A stretch of 64,000 nucleotides of DNA, from positions 119,164,001 through 119,228,000 of the forward strand of contig NC_042998.1 in assembly GCF_006345805.1 (NCBI RefSeq), read 5' to 3'. Positions 11,758 through 26,528 of this stretch are shown piece after piece. Each line of letters opens with the position of its first letter. Position 1 is the first letter of the stretch. The DNA comes from Octopus sinensis (taxonomy: Eukaryota). Position numbers and translations under genes: made by a program. The notes under the pieces were generated by a model, which was not told the origin of the DNA, did not search any database, and was given only the letters and a program-made list of their open reading frames with translations.

Positions 11758-12269
11758 TCTTACGGTTATTTAATTATTAAAGAATCTAATCATTAAATTA
11801 AAAGTATTTTTATACAAAATGTACAATAATTTCTGAAAAGCTTCAAAGTTGCCATCAAATTCAAATAATTCTACATCAGCACACATATCATTACAACCAT
11901 TATACAGTATTTTTACCTCAAAACTAATTTCATTGAAAATGCTATTGATATTTAATTTCCATTTAAGATCTATGTTAGTTTGTAGTTTTCTTTAAGATTC
12001 TCCATTTAACTATGAAATCTTTAGTAAGTAGATTTATTTCAAAGGAAAATGATGACATTATAAACATTTTGATATTATATTACATTCACTCAAAATATAT
12101 ATTCAACCTCAAATAAAACTTTACATCATGTGAGCAAAAGAGAGTAAAATACGTGTCTCACAGGATCGGGCTCATCAGTTAATATATTTTCAACGACGAT
12201 GCTCTGTGTTTCGTAGTTGTTAAAGAATAATATAAACACATGATAATTTATTAAGCCCAAGGGGAAAAG

Positions 12270-12860
12270 AATGCTGTGAATGGAGTAAGAGTGGTTTGTT
12301 AATATTAGATCCAAGGTCTTTTTATTCTGTCTTGTTGGGTCGAGCACTAGTTGTGTCAGGAAAAATTCATCCATTTGATTAAAGAGTAATTCTTAGTGCA
12401 GTTGCCTAACTTCAGAGTATTTGTGAGCCAGTTTATATAAGGCAGGTTTAAAAATCACCCACAACCAGTATGTTTCCGAAGTTGTATTTGTGAAGGCAGG
12501 ATTTGATTTTGTTGAGATATTCTTCAAAGCACTTTGGAGGTGCTTGAGGAAGCCTGTAGACACCAACAATGGTTATGTTGTTGGCCTTGTTGAATAATGA
12601 TATGGATTCACAATAACCATTTGAAAACATGTCCTTGGCATCACCTCAAAGGAGTCGTAGAGAAAGATGGCTGTTCTTCCTTTATTTCGGTTTGTGCAAT
12701 CTGCACGGATGATGCTGAAAACTTTTATTTTCACCTAAGCATGCATGTGAGTGCTGTTTAGGTGAGTTTCAGTAAGGACAAAGAAAGGGATGCAGTGTGC
12801 CGTTTCGGCAAGCCAGCTCTCTATGTATGGGATCTCCCATTTTGGGGCAGTGAGTGATGG
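12270..12860 (-). pseudogene. AP-endonuclease (APE) domain relic of a CR1/L2-like LINE
   Basis: Minus-strand pieces LTETHL, VGVYRLP, ILVVGDF, LTQLV.DPTR, LDLILTN are APE motifs. Frameshifted. Confidence 0.75.
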
Positions 12861-12968
12861 ATTGATGTCATACATATTACATACACGCACACACACACGC
12901 ACACACACACACATATTATTTTTTATATATTATATATATATATATACATACACACACACACATTATTT

Positions 12969-13035
<67 letters not shown>

Positions 13036-13510
13036 TGAAAGAGAGAGAGGGGGAATGAAAGATTAATAATTCAAAATGCACTACACAGCTTTTTTTTGAT
13101 AATTTAGAATGCAAGGTGTGTATTTATAATGACTATACAATGTAAGCTGCGCTGTACAAGACAAACAAAGTGATAAACCATAGATTATTTCATTTGTAGC
13201 GGTAGGGAGGAGAAAAGATGGGATCGATGAGATTCTCTTGTAGCACTGTAACAACTTCAAATGAAAAAATACCTTTCTGTCCGCAGAGAAACCAATAGCA
13301 TATGATTATATAGAGTATAGAAGAATTAAGTCTCTGCTAAACAGGTTGACCTAATTTGTACGTTATAAGCAGTCAGATCGAACATTCTATCCTACTCGTA
13401 GAGAAATAAAACCCGTATGTAACTATTTTATTTAGTCTTTTAAGGCTGGCATATCTTCCCACAAAACGAGAAATATTTTGTTGGGCTGATATTTTTAATA
13501 TGACATTTAC

Positions 13511-13557
<47 letters not shown>

Positions 13558-13807
13558 GAGAGAGAGAGGGAGATAACATAACTTCTCCCTCCACCCACGT
13601 TACAATATTAAAAACCACATCAACCATAGACAATATTACAACCCTCATTACAACCATAATCCAGTCCGCTACACAGCCACTCCACCACAAACATACTACC
13701 ACAGACACATTTTACACTCATTTTGTCCTCAGCAAACCAAACACAATACAGACTTTTCACAACAATCCACCTACTACAACCATTTTTAGACCTAAATCAG
13801 AGAAACA

Positions 13808-15998
13808 AATATGAAATGGAACAAAATGCACAAAATAATCAACTTATCAAAGAAAACCCTAAGTGTTACACAAACTAAAATTCTAGCAAGAGGTTCAAAG
13901 TTTATTCCAACCCCACTGCAGATCGAACCCGAATGAAATTAAGGATAACACTATGGATTTCTGTCGAAAATTACGCCTCACAGAAGCACTTCACAACTAC
14001 GCCAGCGAGGATGACTCAATAGCAAAAAACAAAAGTGAGTACTGTCCTACAAATGGCAGAAATAAAGCACTTGATGCTTTTTGTGAACACATTACCAGTT
14101 TTCTTTTTAATACCCTACAAAAACAACAAATTAAATCCAACCTTATTGTAAATGAATGGAAAGACCTAATCGAGTTAAAGAAGTCAACAAAGGAAGTACA
14201 GCAGTAGTGATGGATACAGAGTACTACAAAAATTTAATACTCTCCTTGTTGGAAAATAATATTTACTATGAGAAGATAATACAATACAACGCACAAAAGT
14301 CACTTAAAAACATATCCTCCTTACTTCAAATACATGGAAAAGGTCTCACTAAACATGAAATAGACTATCCAATTTTAAATACAGTCCTACTCTATTCTAC
14401 GGACTACCTAAAATACACAAAAATCCACATAGTTGTAAAGCCTGCAAAGTTTCTCCAAGCCTATACATTAATATTCCTCTACCTACTGACCTCAAACTGA
14501 GACCCATCATTGCTGGCCTTTCTTGTGAAACCCACCGTTTGAGTAACTTCCTCGATATCTTACTTAAACCGTTTCTAAAATATGTGAAAAGCTTCATCAG
14601 GGATGACTTAGATATGCTGAACCACCTCTCGAAGACAATAAATTAAGGAACCCTGTTAGTATCATTCGATGTGGTGAATTTGTACACCAATATCCCACAC
14701 GACTATGGTATAGAAGCGATCACCTTCTGGCTAGAAAAATACCCAGAAGAGATCTCAGGACGCATTAACCACGTGTTCATAATTGCAGCACTCAAATTCA
14801 TCCTACTGGACAACTATTTCATGTTCGATACAGTCTACTATCGACAAAAATGTATAATTGCAATGGGAACCCGAGCTTCTCCAGTGATTGCAAACCTTGT
14901 AATGGGTTACCTACAGCTTATGTTATATCAATTATCACAACAAAAATATGTCACCTCATTCCATTGCTATCTAAAGGAGAACTGGAAGAGGTATTTGGAT
15001 GATTTCTTTATACTTTAGAAAGGCAGCATGGACAAACTCCTCGATTTCAAAATAATGCTTAACAATATTAATAGCAACATACAATTCTCCATGGAACACA
15101 ACAGTAGACAACTCCCTTTTCTTGACTATTGACTATTAAAATAGTCAATAACCACATCGAAACAGATATCTTTTATAAACCCACAGATTCTAAACAATAC
15201 CTGTTATTTATCTCATGCCTTATAATATACCTGATAATCTAGCGTACCATAGTTTCGGACACTTATACTCGTGAACAAAGACTCCTTGAACTCAGATCAA
15301 TACTAATCAAAAGACATTACTCAATATCATTAATAAATGATGGCATTAAACGAGCTAAGGAAATAGATATATGAACATTAAGGGAAGCCAACCTAAATAC
15401 TAAACCAGACTTTAAAATGCTCCCATACATCTCCACACATAACCCTAGAAACAACGAAGCCTTCAACAGGAGATAAAACAATGAACAAAATGTTAAGCTC
15501 ATACAAAATTATCAAAAGTAAAATGCAACCTAAATCACTGAAAAAATATTAACCTGCGCAAGACTATATCCATTAACAACCGAACCAAAAGTGAAAAAAT
15601 GTGGTCGACCTAACTGTGGTACATGCCCCCACCTTTTGGAGGGCTCAGAATTCCACTTTAAACAAGGTGAAACATTTAAGATCAAATCAAATTTCACCTG
15701 TGCCTTGGAAAATCTAATCTATGCCATTACATGGTTAGGATGCCGTAACAATTATATTGGCCAAACAGGAATATCACTCCATCGAAGAGCCACTCTCCAC
15801 AAAGAACAAATCCGCCACCCACAATACAGACAGTTACAGGTTAGTGAACACATAGAAAGGTGAGCTAGGAATCTTAATCCTAATTTCCCAATTTTCCCCT
15901 TCTATCAATGTTCACAGAACACCTTAGTGCAACAAAGAATTAATAAAGAGGCAACTTTCATCAATAAATATCTTCCTCAACTCAATATGAACACATAA
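13808..15998 (+). mobile_element. Decayed Penelope-like element ORF (RT + GIY-YIG endonuclease)
   Basis: KIINLSKKTL...KFIPTP; KGSTAVVMD; RPIIAGP; SFDVVNLYTNIP; AMGTRASPVIANL.MG; WKRYLDDFF; KCGRPNCGTC linker; LIYAI...NYIGQTG. Multiple stops and frameshifts. Confidence 0.93.
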
Positions 15999-16209
15999 CA
16001 TAATACAGAACACTACTAACCTTTCAATTAATACCACTAACCCCCATACATCCCATACACTATTAACATTACAGATCTATATCTACCCTAATTGCACCAA
16101 ATCCAGAACTACTTACTTCCCTTACACATAATCTTTTTTTCTCGAGGACTAATAAACCTAACATCGTTCATTAATCGGTGTGCATTCAAAATAATGATTA
16201 TTTGTATTC

Positions 16210-16247
16210 AAAGCAATGATCAGTAATATACGAAACCGGTATGCTTT
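16210..16247 (+). ncRNA. Hammerhead-like motif in the pLTR downstream of the Penelope ORF, non-canonical core
   Basis: AAAGCA-ATGATCA-GTA ATA TAC-GAAA-CCGG-TA-TGCTTT: all three stems pair, but the core has A3 and C8. Confidence 0.55.
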
Positions 16248-17229
16248 TAAATCTCTTTAACAATTCACAATAATGACTTTTATTCCTACCTCAGTTCATC
16301 TAATTGAATATATCTATCGTTACTCTTCATAAAAAGCCTTTACTTTTTTTGATTTCCCATGTGCATTTTCGCTTATGTTTCTTCTTACTTTCCCCTTACA
16401 TTTCCACGTGTAGTTTCTATTTTCTTTTTGTAACACATTTCTATTATATATATATAAATATATATGGATGTTCTCTGTGTCTGTGTATATACGTATACGT
16501 ATTAGTGTATACATGTATGTATGATATATGTGTGTATGCGCATGTGTATGTGTGTGTGTGTGTAAATATATGCATTTGTATGTTTTTATGATTATATAAA
16601 TACATATCTGTATGTTTGTGGGTGTTAAAGCGAAAGTATTGCTTTAAAACTAGCTTAAGATTGACAATAGAACATTTACTGTTAGGTGACCCAGTCAACA
16701 TTAAGTTTATTATATACTTGTGTGTCTGTATGTGTCTATGTATGTATGTGTATGTGTGGAGGGTACCTTTATATGTACCAGCGAATGAATACATGCACTT
16801 ACCACATTGTGCTAAATGTCAGCATTAACGTCTGATTCATCCTCGTATTTCTTGAGGTTTCGTAAACGTGAATCAAAGTCTTCAGAGGACTTGGGATCAG
16901 AGTCCTGGAGAAGAGAGAATATTTGGCAGCCTCCACTGATAAGTTCAAATCACGTGTTGAAGTTGACAGATCAGCGGCAACAAATTTTCTTCTTTGTTGT
17001 TTTGCGAAAGGGACACTTTTGCAGCGCAGTTCAGTGGATGTCCAGAGCTTATTAACATTGGGCTAGGAATGCCCGCCACCGCTGTTTCACGTGGCGAGAT
17101 CACCAGTTTGATGGTATCAGATTGCTTGGTGTATCAGTGACATCAGATAGAATAGTGACCTCCATACGAGTTGGTCTAGTGGAGATTAAGCTTCATGAAT
17201 ATTGAGCAGATGCTGGTGGAGTGTTCACG

Positions 17230-17780
17230 CTTAAGAATTTCTGCATGAAGAATTTTACTATTCCCAGTGATTCCAAAGATGTACTACATGAGGCGAACGT
17301 GGAAGGCTACTACTAATTTAATTTGTTTCTTATAGCGCGGCCGCGTTTCGCACCTATATAACAGATTAGAAATACTGGCTGCTTGCTAAACATTGATTTT
17401 CGTCAAAATGTAATGGTTCCGGTTCGCAGTGACACGCTCTTGCCGACATCCAAAAGCAGAAGAGACTTGTTTGATTCTGTTCTTAAGCTATCCATTGAAT
17501 GATGCGTCCAAGAAACATAAAACAAGATGTGAGACCTAAGACTTTATTTCGATAGCGATGACAATGGGAGTAAATAATTATGTGTGACAGTAACAGTGTA
17601 AGAGTCTTCTGACTGGGCCAGAACATATCCCATCTGTTGATGGGCCAAATTTAGGGACACTAAGATACTTTGCAGATTGTCTGTATGAAGAGAAGACCAG
17701 CGGCATTGTCCGGATACTGCAGAACATAAAAGAACATAGACGAAGTTTAAGAGCAGGTAGAAAACCAACAGACACTGAAA
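17230..17780 (+). pseudogene. Possible very old PLE RT-thumb / GIY-YIG relic
   Basis: Faint motifs only: TIPSDS, AAAFRTYI(N)RLE and IKEHRRSLR in different frames. Confidence 0.25.
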
Positions 17781-18221
17781 AGACCTCGATCTTAGCAGTA
17801 TTTTACACTTATTTCATATTTTACATCGTATGTTGGCCGAAATGTCACAGCGGCGAGATATGTAATGTAAAAGAATGGGAACAAAAGCATAATTTTCTTT
17901 AACACCTAGACGAATTTCAAAGGTAGGGGTGATTCGCCACCTACAGTGATTTTAGTCGTCATTCCGAGATACTTTAAACGTCATTGTGTATATAGCTATT
18001 GTAAATCTGACTTGAGGTATTTAGGTTTCATGTGAATGGTGCCTATATGCAGAAAGTTAAGCAAAACTGAATATTAGTGTCATATGCTATTAGCATTTGG
18101 TGTTAGACATAACCGCAAGTAGGACATTTCTGTACAAAAGGAAGATTGTGTAAAACATTATACAACCTTATTGTATATCAAAGATGATAATATTTGAGTC
18201 AGTGTGATCCCCTTTCGACAT

Positions 18222-18445
18222 AAGGCGGCGAGCTGGTTGAACCGTCAGCACGCTGGGCGAAATGCGTAGCCGTATTTCGTCTGCAGTTACGTTCTGAGTT
18301 CAAATTCCACCGAGGTCGACTTTGCCTTTCATCCTTTCGGGGTCGATAAATTAAGTACCAGTTACGCACTGTGGTCGATGTAATCGATTTAATTCGTTTG
18401 TTTGTCCTTGTTTGTCCTCTCTATGTTTAGCCCCAAGAATAAGTG
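18222..18445 (+). mobile_element. SINE family B
   Basis: GGCGGCGAGCTGG...GAGTTCAAATTCCACCGAGGTCGACTTTGCCTTTCATCC. Confidence 0.88.
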
Positions 18446-18884
18446 ATGCATGAAAGCAATAGAAGCAATAGACGGAAAACTTTCCTTGGGTATTTTCATT
18501 CCGGACAGTCTTGAAGAATTTTCTCACAACAGCACTGTTTTTTCCAAGGCTCTCAGATGCAAGGGGTCACTGATAGAAACACATTCTCGGTATATCTATA
18601 GAAGATGTACTTTTGGTCATTGATGAGAAAGATACTGATGGTGATGAAGGAAGTGATTGTTTAAGATTGTTTCTAAACTTTTTAAGTAGCTCTGAGAAAG
18701 ATTGGGATGGATTGTAGTGCTGTAGATGCAAATCGTTTGAAAAATCCGAGATATTTGGAATTCAAACGGCATGAGTAAAAGACTTAAAATGTAAATAAAT
18801 TTCACTGTACAATTTATATCGAGATAAATATGAATGTCATTCTAATGGATAAACACGAATAAATTGCCAGTTGGATAAATAGAT

Positions 18885-18900
18885 AGATACAGAGAGAAAT

Positions 18901-18931
<31 letters not shown>

Positions 18932-18996
18932 AAGAGAGAAAGAGAGAGAGAAAGAGAAAGAGAGAGAGGGAAAGAGAGCGAGAGAGAGAGAGAGAG

Positions 18997-19043
<47 letters not shown>

Positions 19044-19046
19044 TGT
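18885..19046. repeat. (GA)n/(GT)n microsatellite
   Basis: Seen directly. Confidence 0.9.
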
Positions 19047-20190
19047 AAAGTGAAAGAAATAGTGTAAGGTGAACGAGATAGATATTTTAAGAGAATGAGG
19101 GGAAGGAATGAAAGAAAATAAATAATGGCCATTTTCATGCATTATGAATGAGGTTCATTCATTTTAGAGGAATAATACTTTCCGTATCCGGACTCAGAAT
19201 GCATACATATGGCCACATTAGCAGGAAAATAGTTAAAATGTGAATGGAAATTATTGTAGATGAGGGAGAGTAGGAGATAGTGTTTTGCTGTTATTTTTAT
19301 TATGTTTGTCTTAATACTTGAAGATTGAGCTAATACAGATCTGTTGCTTGTGAAGATAAGATTTATGTTTCGCCATCATTAAGTGCAAAAGTAAATTTGA
19401 ATGAAGATACCGCAGGAAACCCGTGCATTATATTCGCCTTTCGAAAGGACTAATATTTCATTCAAGAAGTAAATATTTAATTCCAGCCTAACGCAAGCAA
19501 AAATAGCGTTTTTTTTTTTAGGCCTTTATATAGCGTGAGCTAACTATTGTCTTTCCTGTTCTCAAATGCAAATTGATTTCACAACAGCTGCACATATTGT
19601 ATATCATATTGTGCTACATCTACTTCATATCCTATCTTGTACTTACACTATTATCAAAACCGCTACATCGCTCGCCACAACCATCCCAAAAGTTGATAGC
19701 AGCACCACATTTTACTTCAAATATTTAAATATAGTATTTGCAACTCTGAATTTGTTCTTGTGTTTGTGTCTTGGTCTTGCCTGCGTAAATGTTGCTGATA
19801 AATCATATTCCTACCACCCATCGTGTGCATAGTATTGCTTTTCATATTCTTATTCATGCTTTTGTTATTGGAAAAGACGACTTGGTTAATGAAAATGTGT
19901 GCACTATTAAGAGACTGGGGTAAGCATTGAAACAAAAATTTACTATGAGAAGAACAAAAATTAGTCTGAACGTAACATTATGCCCTAAATCAAATTTTAA
20001 GTTTGAATGAATTGATTTAATTAACACAGTAAATAGTCTTTCTTTATTTATTTATTTCTATCTCTCTCTCTTTCTCTTAGTCTCGCTCTCGTTCGCTCTC
20101 ATTTCTCTCTCTATCACTCACTCTCTCTTCTCTCTCTCTCTTTCTCGATCGCTCGCTCGTTCTCCCTCTCTTTGTGAGTATGTGTACACA

Positions 20191-20222
<32 letters not shown>

Positions 20223-20264
20223 GCATTTAGATAGAATAATGGAAGCAACTTGTCCAATGGAAAT

Positions 20265-20880
20265 TTAACACGGTGTTGGTTCACCTTCAGCATTATTCAT
20301 AGTTTTTAATGTTGGGGAATTGACTCATACTAACGGTTGCTAGGGGAATTTTGAGCCATTCTTCAAATAAGACCCACTTTCGCTCTTTTAGTGATAATGG
20401 TGAATGGTAGCGGTTCGTCACTTGCTACTTCAAAATGCATCATAAATGTCAGATTATATTGAGGCCCTGTAATTGTAGAGGGTCAGCCCATGTGGTGTAC
20501 ATTCCTTTCGTATTCGATTCGTCGTACAGATTTTGAGTAACATTAGCTGTGTGAACTGGTAGGAAGAATTGCAGTACCCTCAGGGAACAATATCGGTACT
20601 ATAAGATGGGCGTGATCAGTCAAAATACTTTGATAATCCTTGGTGTTAAATTTGCCATGCAGAACAACTATGGAGCTATGAGAATTTCGGAATATACCCA
20701 AAACATCACAGAGTGACCTCCATACTTCATGGCAGGGGCCAAACAGACAGGACCGAAAGTTTCTTCAGAATGTTTCCAGATATACAAACACGCTGAACTG
20801 GGAAAAACGGCAAATGATGATGTCATGTATGACATTGTTGACATCTATAGAGAGGCTGCATTTGTGGGAAACGGGACAGC
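20265..20880 (-). pseudogene. Tc1-family transposase C-terminal relic
   Basis: Minus-strand IWKHSEETFGPVCLAPAMKYGGHSVM, ILTDH, LFPEG, VLFEEWLKIPL and terminal GEPTP match the Tc1 catalytic region. Frameshifted. Confidence 0.75.
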
Positions 20881-23800
20881 CAGTAGTATGTATCTAAATA
20901 TTAGAATATAAGTGTTTCCATTATTTTGTCCACTCCATGTGTATGTATACGTTAAATTAGTGTCTACACGTGCATATATGTGTATTGCGGGGAGATGCAT
21001 TTCTAACATGGGTAGTGATGCATGCGTATTCTATATGCATATAAAATTAGAAAATGAAAACATGAAGAAGAAATGTAGAGATAGTTCAGTGTAGAAATAG
21101 TTAAATGTAAAATAAATAGTGTCATAAACCAAATATCGCCTCTGGTTATAATTATGTTTGCCTCGTGACTATTTATATTAACATTTTCATAAAGCCTCTG
21201 TCACCTATCCGACCCCCGTTTTCAGTGCAGCAAAACTAGTTGCTCCATTAACAAAATGTACAAGTCTAGTATTTTGTGTCTTTGTATGGGTCATTGGTGT
21301 CACATTTTAATCTTAGCTGTCATTAGAGAGATACGTTCAACATAATATTTTTCTCTGCCATACAAGAGTAGAAGCAATTCTAAAGATTGGTTCACTTCTA
21401 TAGTCAATCCAAAGAGATGTTATAGCTGCCTAAATACTTCCGTCCATTTGTTCGCCATGCCTCAAATAGTATTAGTATTCAGATGATGCTAAACAATGAA
21501 TCTGGTGAAATTTCACCTTAGCGTTTAATATATTATCTATAGAAATGAAGCAGCCTGCAAAATGTCTTTCCGCCGCTATTTGAACCTTGTTTCCTTTTTA
21601 AAGGACACATTTGAAAGTTAGGATTTAGCTGTCTCTGAGAAGAGCTGATAAATCATCCCATCTTGTTCACTAAGAATGCTATATGAAACACATTAGAAGC
21701 AAAAGAATTAGAAAAATATACCCTTCACTATTGTATGGAAATTAAATTTCGTAAAAACTATATTCAATGTGTGCTCAAAGTCGAAGAATTAAAAGGCAAT
21801 CGAGACATCATTGGAAAAAGCAAGGCAAACACTATTGGTTCATTCACATCCCCCTGCTTTGTAACATTGGGAAACTATGAAACCATATGCATTTTCAGGT
21901 ACAGTCGTTGTCATTAGATCGTAGAAATAAATTATACCCAGCATTGGGTTTAGGATACAGAAGTTTTATAAGAATAGCCACAAGCTTTCCAAGCTCAGGA
22001 AATAGGAGGGCATATGTTGTGAGAATGATGGTAAGGATAACGAGTTCTGTCTATAAACACCGGTTTCACACACAGACCATTTCTCTATTAACTGTCTTGA
22101 CAAATATTCTATCAGTGGAATCTCATCTAACAGAACCTACATTCCAACTCACATTAAACAAAATTAAGAAAGTGATACTCCTCTTCTGTGTAATTGTCGC
22201 AAGCATTTTAACAGTAAGATATCTTTTTGATCCCTCGTGTTTGAGTAAGTGAATTATGGTGGCGCTATTGAAGTCTGAAACTACACAGCCTAATTCGCAA
22301 CAAGTTTATAATAGTGGGAATAATTGTTCTTGTAGGGAAACCGAGCAAACACATGATCAAAGGAGAATCAACTATGACCATTCCACCTTTTATTCAGTTT
22401 TATTCAGTTTTAGGAATGGTTGTGTTATGAAGCAGTGCGATTTGCAAGAGCATAGTTCAAGGCTTGAAGCCACTGCGCGTTACCTTGAGTAAGTATGTAC
22501 TACAATAGCTTCGGGTTGGCCAACATCTTGTGAGTAGAAGTTGGTAGCCGAAAATTGTGCAAACACCCGTCTTATATTTATATGCATATGCCTATGCATG
22601 TGTTTGTGTGCATGTCCCTGTTCGTCTTAGATACAACAGTAATCTCCTGAACTGGTGTTGCATCAAAAACAAAAAGCTTGCTTAACAACTAGATAAATAT
22701 AAATTCATAAACAACTGTACCGGACTAAAATACGTTCTGATCTCTCACGTGTTGTGCCTCAGCAGAGCTTTAATTCAGCCAATTCAGTGAAGGAAACCAC
22801 TGAAAGAGCAGAAGAAAAGCACATATACACTTTTTGTAAAAGCTCTCCAGTAGACACATAATCTTGAGAACATCGGTAGAAAACATTCTTCTCGACATAT
22901 ACTATAATGCTTATTGAAAACTTGTCTTTGCCTTGCGTATTTGAAACCATGTAGCGTTGTTTGTCATCAAATTTTTGCTGAAGGTAAGATGTATATTTTA
23001 TCAAGATACCTATTCAGTGATACCTGAAATTCTCTCGCTCTATTGATTCGGTTTAGCGTATTTGCGGCCGGCAAACACTGAGGTTTCTTGCTTGAATGAG
23101 TTGCAGCTTAATTTGAGACATAGCTATGGTAAGTTGTGAGCCTGTATCAACGATTATCTTTTATTTTGGGCTATTTTATTATGATGAATGTTTTCGTGTA
23201 TCAATTTGAAATGCATCTTCCTTACTCTATGGTGTCAACAATTCACCGACAGAGCTTCTACGTGGTCGTTCATCCTTCTGGAAATATAGCTGAATTTTTT
23301 TTTCTAAATGACACTCTATAGTCTTAAGAAATGTAGGACGCTTTAGAGAATGTAGTTCCGATTATACAATAAGACTCTGACCATATGTCTACTCGAACAC
23401 TATTGGATAAAAGTAACAACAGTGCCAGCAGAAATTGTAGTTTGAAATTATTTCCCAGTTTGCCAACACTACTTGCAGCATAATGGCTTCACATAGGACT
23501 TTTACAGTTTCCCTAATCATGTACTTAATGTATTTTTTTCTTTTACCACCTTTCTTCAACCAATAGCACAGCTTCATCCAAAATGATCAGGGCCAACACT
23601 CGCATTGAATTCACTTTGAGTGATTACTTTATTACTGAATGTGCCCAAAGTGTAGAACTCCCCACAGGTCACGGTAGATGATTTATTTTGCTACCTTTCT
23701 GTAACACATAATGGAAACATATATTTAAATAGCGGTATCAATTCAGAACGAGATTGTACATATTAACATAACAGCAATTGAGTTAGCAATTGAATTAGAG

Positions 23801-25034
23801 GCCGATGAAAGTCTGCTGAACAGGTTGATTCCTGCCGATAAACTTTTGCCTTAAACACGGTGTTCAATGTTATTCACCTGACCTTTGGGTACTTGTGGTT
23901 TAAATTTAGCCCTAGGTCAGAGCAGATGTATGAACTAAGACATTTCAGCTATAATTGTTTTCTTTTCCATCATATTTTACCCCGGATTATATCAGCCAAT
24001 GTATCCTTACTGTTTAATGACTGCAAAATGTCCTTTTCTCCTTTTTCTTTTTTTTTCCTGTTTTTTTTTTCTTCTTTTTCTTGTCTGGTCCCAAGTCGGT
24101 TCCAATCGAGAAGAAATGGAAAATGCATTAAAGTTATGACCGTACTGCCTTATTTCCAAAAGTTGTGTATCTAGGACGTCATTATTCAATGAATTCTTTC
24201 TAAGGAAAGAAGTATGTTGTTTTAGAGAGACTTAGCTGCTACTTCTTGCAGGTTGAGTGACTACCTAGATACAAGGAAGATTATTTGCAAGTTGAAATGT
24301 ATTTGATTTACGTCTGCGAAACTTCAAGCAATCCAAGACTAAGTCGTGATATTTAACTTCCACTATAATTTGACCCTGAGTACAAATAATGTTTTGCCTG
24401 GGTATAAGAGCTGTATGTTTCTCGTTACTTTAGTATAGACGTTCATCTTTTTTCCAATTTAGATGAGACATTCACAACTACTGAGTAGCTGAACTCTACA
24501 GCAGTGTAGCAGTGTATGAATTTTTCCTATCTAACCAAATAATGTAAGGTCTATTGTGTTCGCACCTCATTATAGTTTATGCTGAAATGTTCAACCAGTA
24601 TACCTCATTTTTAAATATGTGGATACATTTTGTTTCTGGGATGCCTTTGGTATGGCCATTGGAATAAATCTTGCAGATAACATTGTAAATGCTTTTAGAA
24701 ACAATGTTATATCTTATAAGAATGTAGTACGTTGCAAGCACCTTTGTACAGTTGCTAAGGATCTGGGTGAAGTCTATCACACTGGAACAATCAACATTCA
24801 TTTTGTGTCACAAGGCGGATGAATAAAGTTATTCTTATCTCACTCTTTCTGATGAAACATTTAGTATCTCCAGTTACTTAACAGTAAAGAGCAACCTTCA
24901 AGGTGAGACATGAGATATCTATCACAACACTCGGCTACTCATACAATATTTTTAGTATGTATGTGTACGTTTTTATTATGTATATGTATGTGTATATATA
25001 TGTTTGTGTCTTTGAATGTTTGTATGTGTGTTTG

Positions 25035-25101
<67 letters not shown>

Positions 25102-26085
25102 TGTGTTTGTGTGGGTTTGCATGTATGCATGTATGTCATTATTCAGTTTTATTTCAAGATTTCTTGGTAATAGGAAAAGAGCCAGTTTCTGACCTAGATC
25201 CAAGGTTCCTTCATTGGAATTTCAACTACATCAACACAGTATATTTATTTTTGTATGCACGTATGTATGTATGTGTGTGCAGATTTGTGTGTTTTGTTTT
25301 ATGTATGTATTCTCATGCATATAATTGCATGTTAAGACATGTTCATATATACTTAAATGATAAACTTCAGAAAGGTTTTGCAGATTTTTACTGGCTTGGA
25401 TCTGTAGTCTTCGAATCACCTTTTAACCTTTCTGGTTTGGGAAGCCTAATTTCTCAAGTTTGGTACTGAGGCAAACTGTTACAGTGTGTATGTATATATA
25501 TATATATGTACGTATGTATATATATATGTATCTTATCTTAAAATTTAGAAAACTTAACTAGACCAATAAGTATTATAAGTATTGTAAGTAACCTGCAACA
25601 ATGTTAGAATGAGGTGGACGAAGCTTGTAAGTGAGGGTGGAGAATGATGATAAAGTAAATGAAGAAGCACCAAAATTTGAAAAAAGGCTGTAGTGAGAGG
25701 AGGTGCAGAGTAGCTTTGTACAGTCTCTCGACCAACTGAGTGTATGTGTGAGTGTCCTGTTATAAATATCACACAGACATATATACACATGCGTATAAGC
25801 CGTTACTCATACATATGTATAAATGTACACGCATACTCAGTTATACACGCTTAGATATAGACACGCTCCTTTCTTCCTCACACACACATGTACGCATGCA
25901 CTCATACAATGCATGCATACACACCCACACGCACGCACATACACACACACATACACACACACATAAAATACAGTATCAAACTATGCTTGTTCCTAGTTCT
26001 TCACTTTCTGAGTTCTCAGGGATGAAATATCTTCCCCAGTCACGGATCAAATAACCACATCCAAACCACATTTGAGTTTCCCAAC

Positions 26086-26180
<95 letters not shown>

Positions 26181-26400
26181 GATCTCTGTTTCTCCCTCTC
26201 TTGCCCTCCCTTTCTCTCGTTCCCTCTCTTACGCACACATATATACAAACACATGCACAGGCATACACTAATCGAAATACCCGGTGTTATCCGGATTTTA
26301 GTGCATCAACAGTTGTATAGCGATGAAATTGTGTCTGCAAGAACTTTTTTCGATGACACATGAGGGTCTTCTGTAGCTACTCATGTGTGTACGTGCGTGC

Positions 26401-26401
<1 letters not shown>

Positions 26402-26495
<94 letters not shown>

Positions 26496-26528
26496 TGAGT
26501 GTGTGTGAGAGAGAGAGAGAGTGTGTGT
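26402..26528. repeat. (GT)n/(GA)n microsatellite
   Basis: Seen directly. Confidence 0.95.

Noticed and set aside
11479-11796. 105-aa E/K/R-rich ORF
   Set aside because: Entirely a (AAC)/(GAA)/(GAG) microsatellite; no splice or domain evidence.
21200-24900. Several 60-120 aa ORFs in a relatively repeat-poor stretch
   Set aside because: No recognisable domains or consistent exon structure. Small host exons cannot be excluded without RNA-seq.
25170-25230. Hammerhead-like shape on the minus strand (TGAAGGA-ACCT..AGGT-CA-GAAACTGG), with a related copy near 48535-48590
   Set aside because: Core spacing does not fit CUGANGA/GAAA and stem I cannot be formed.
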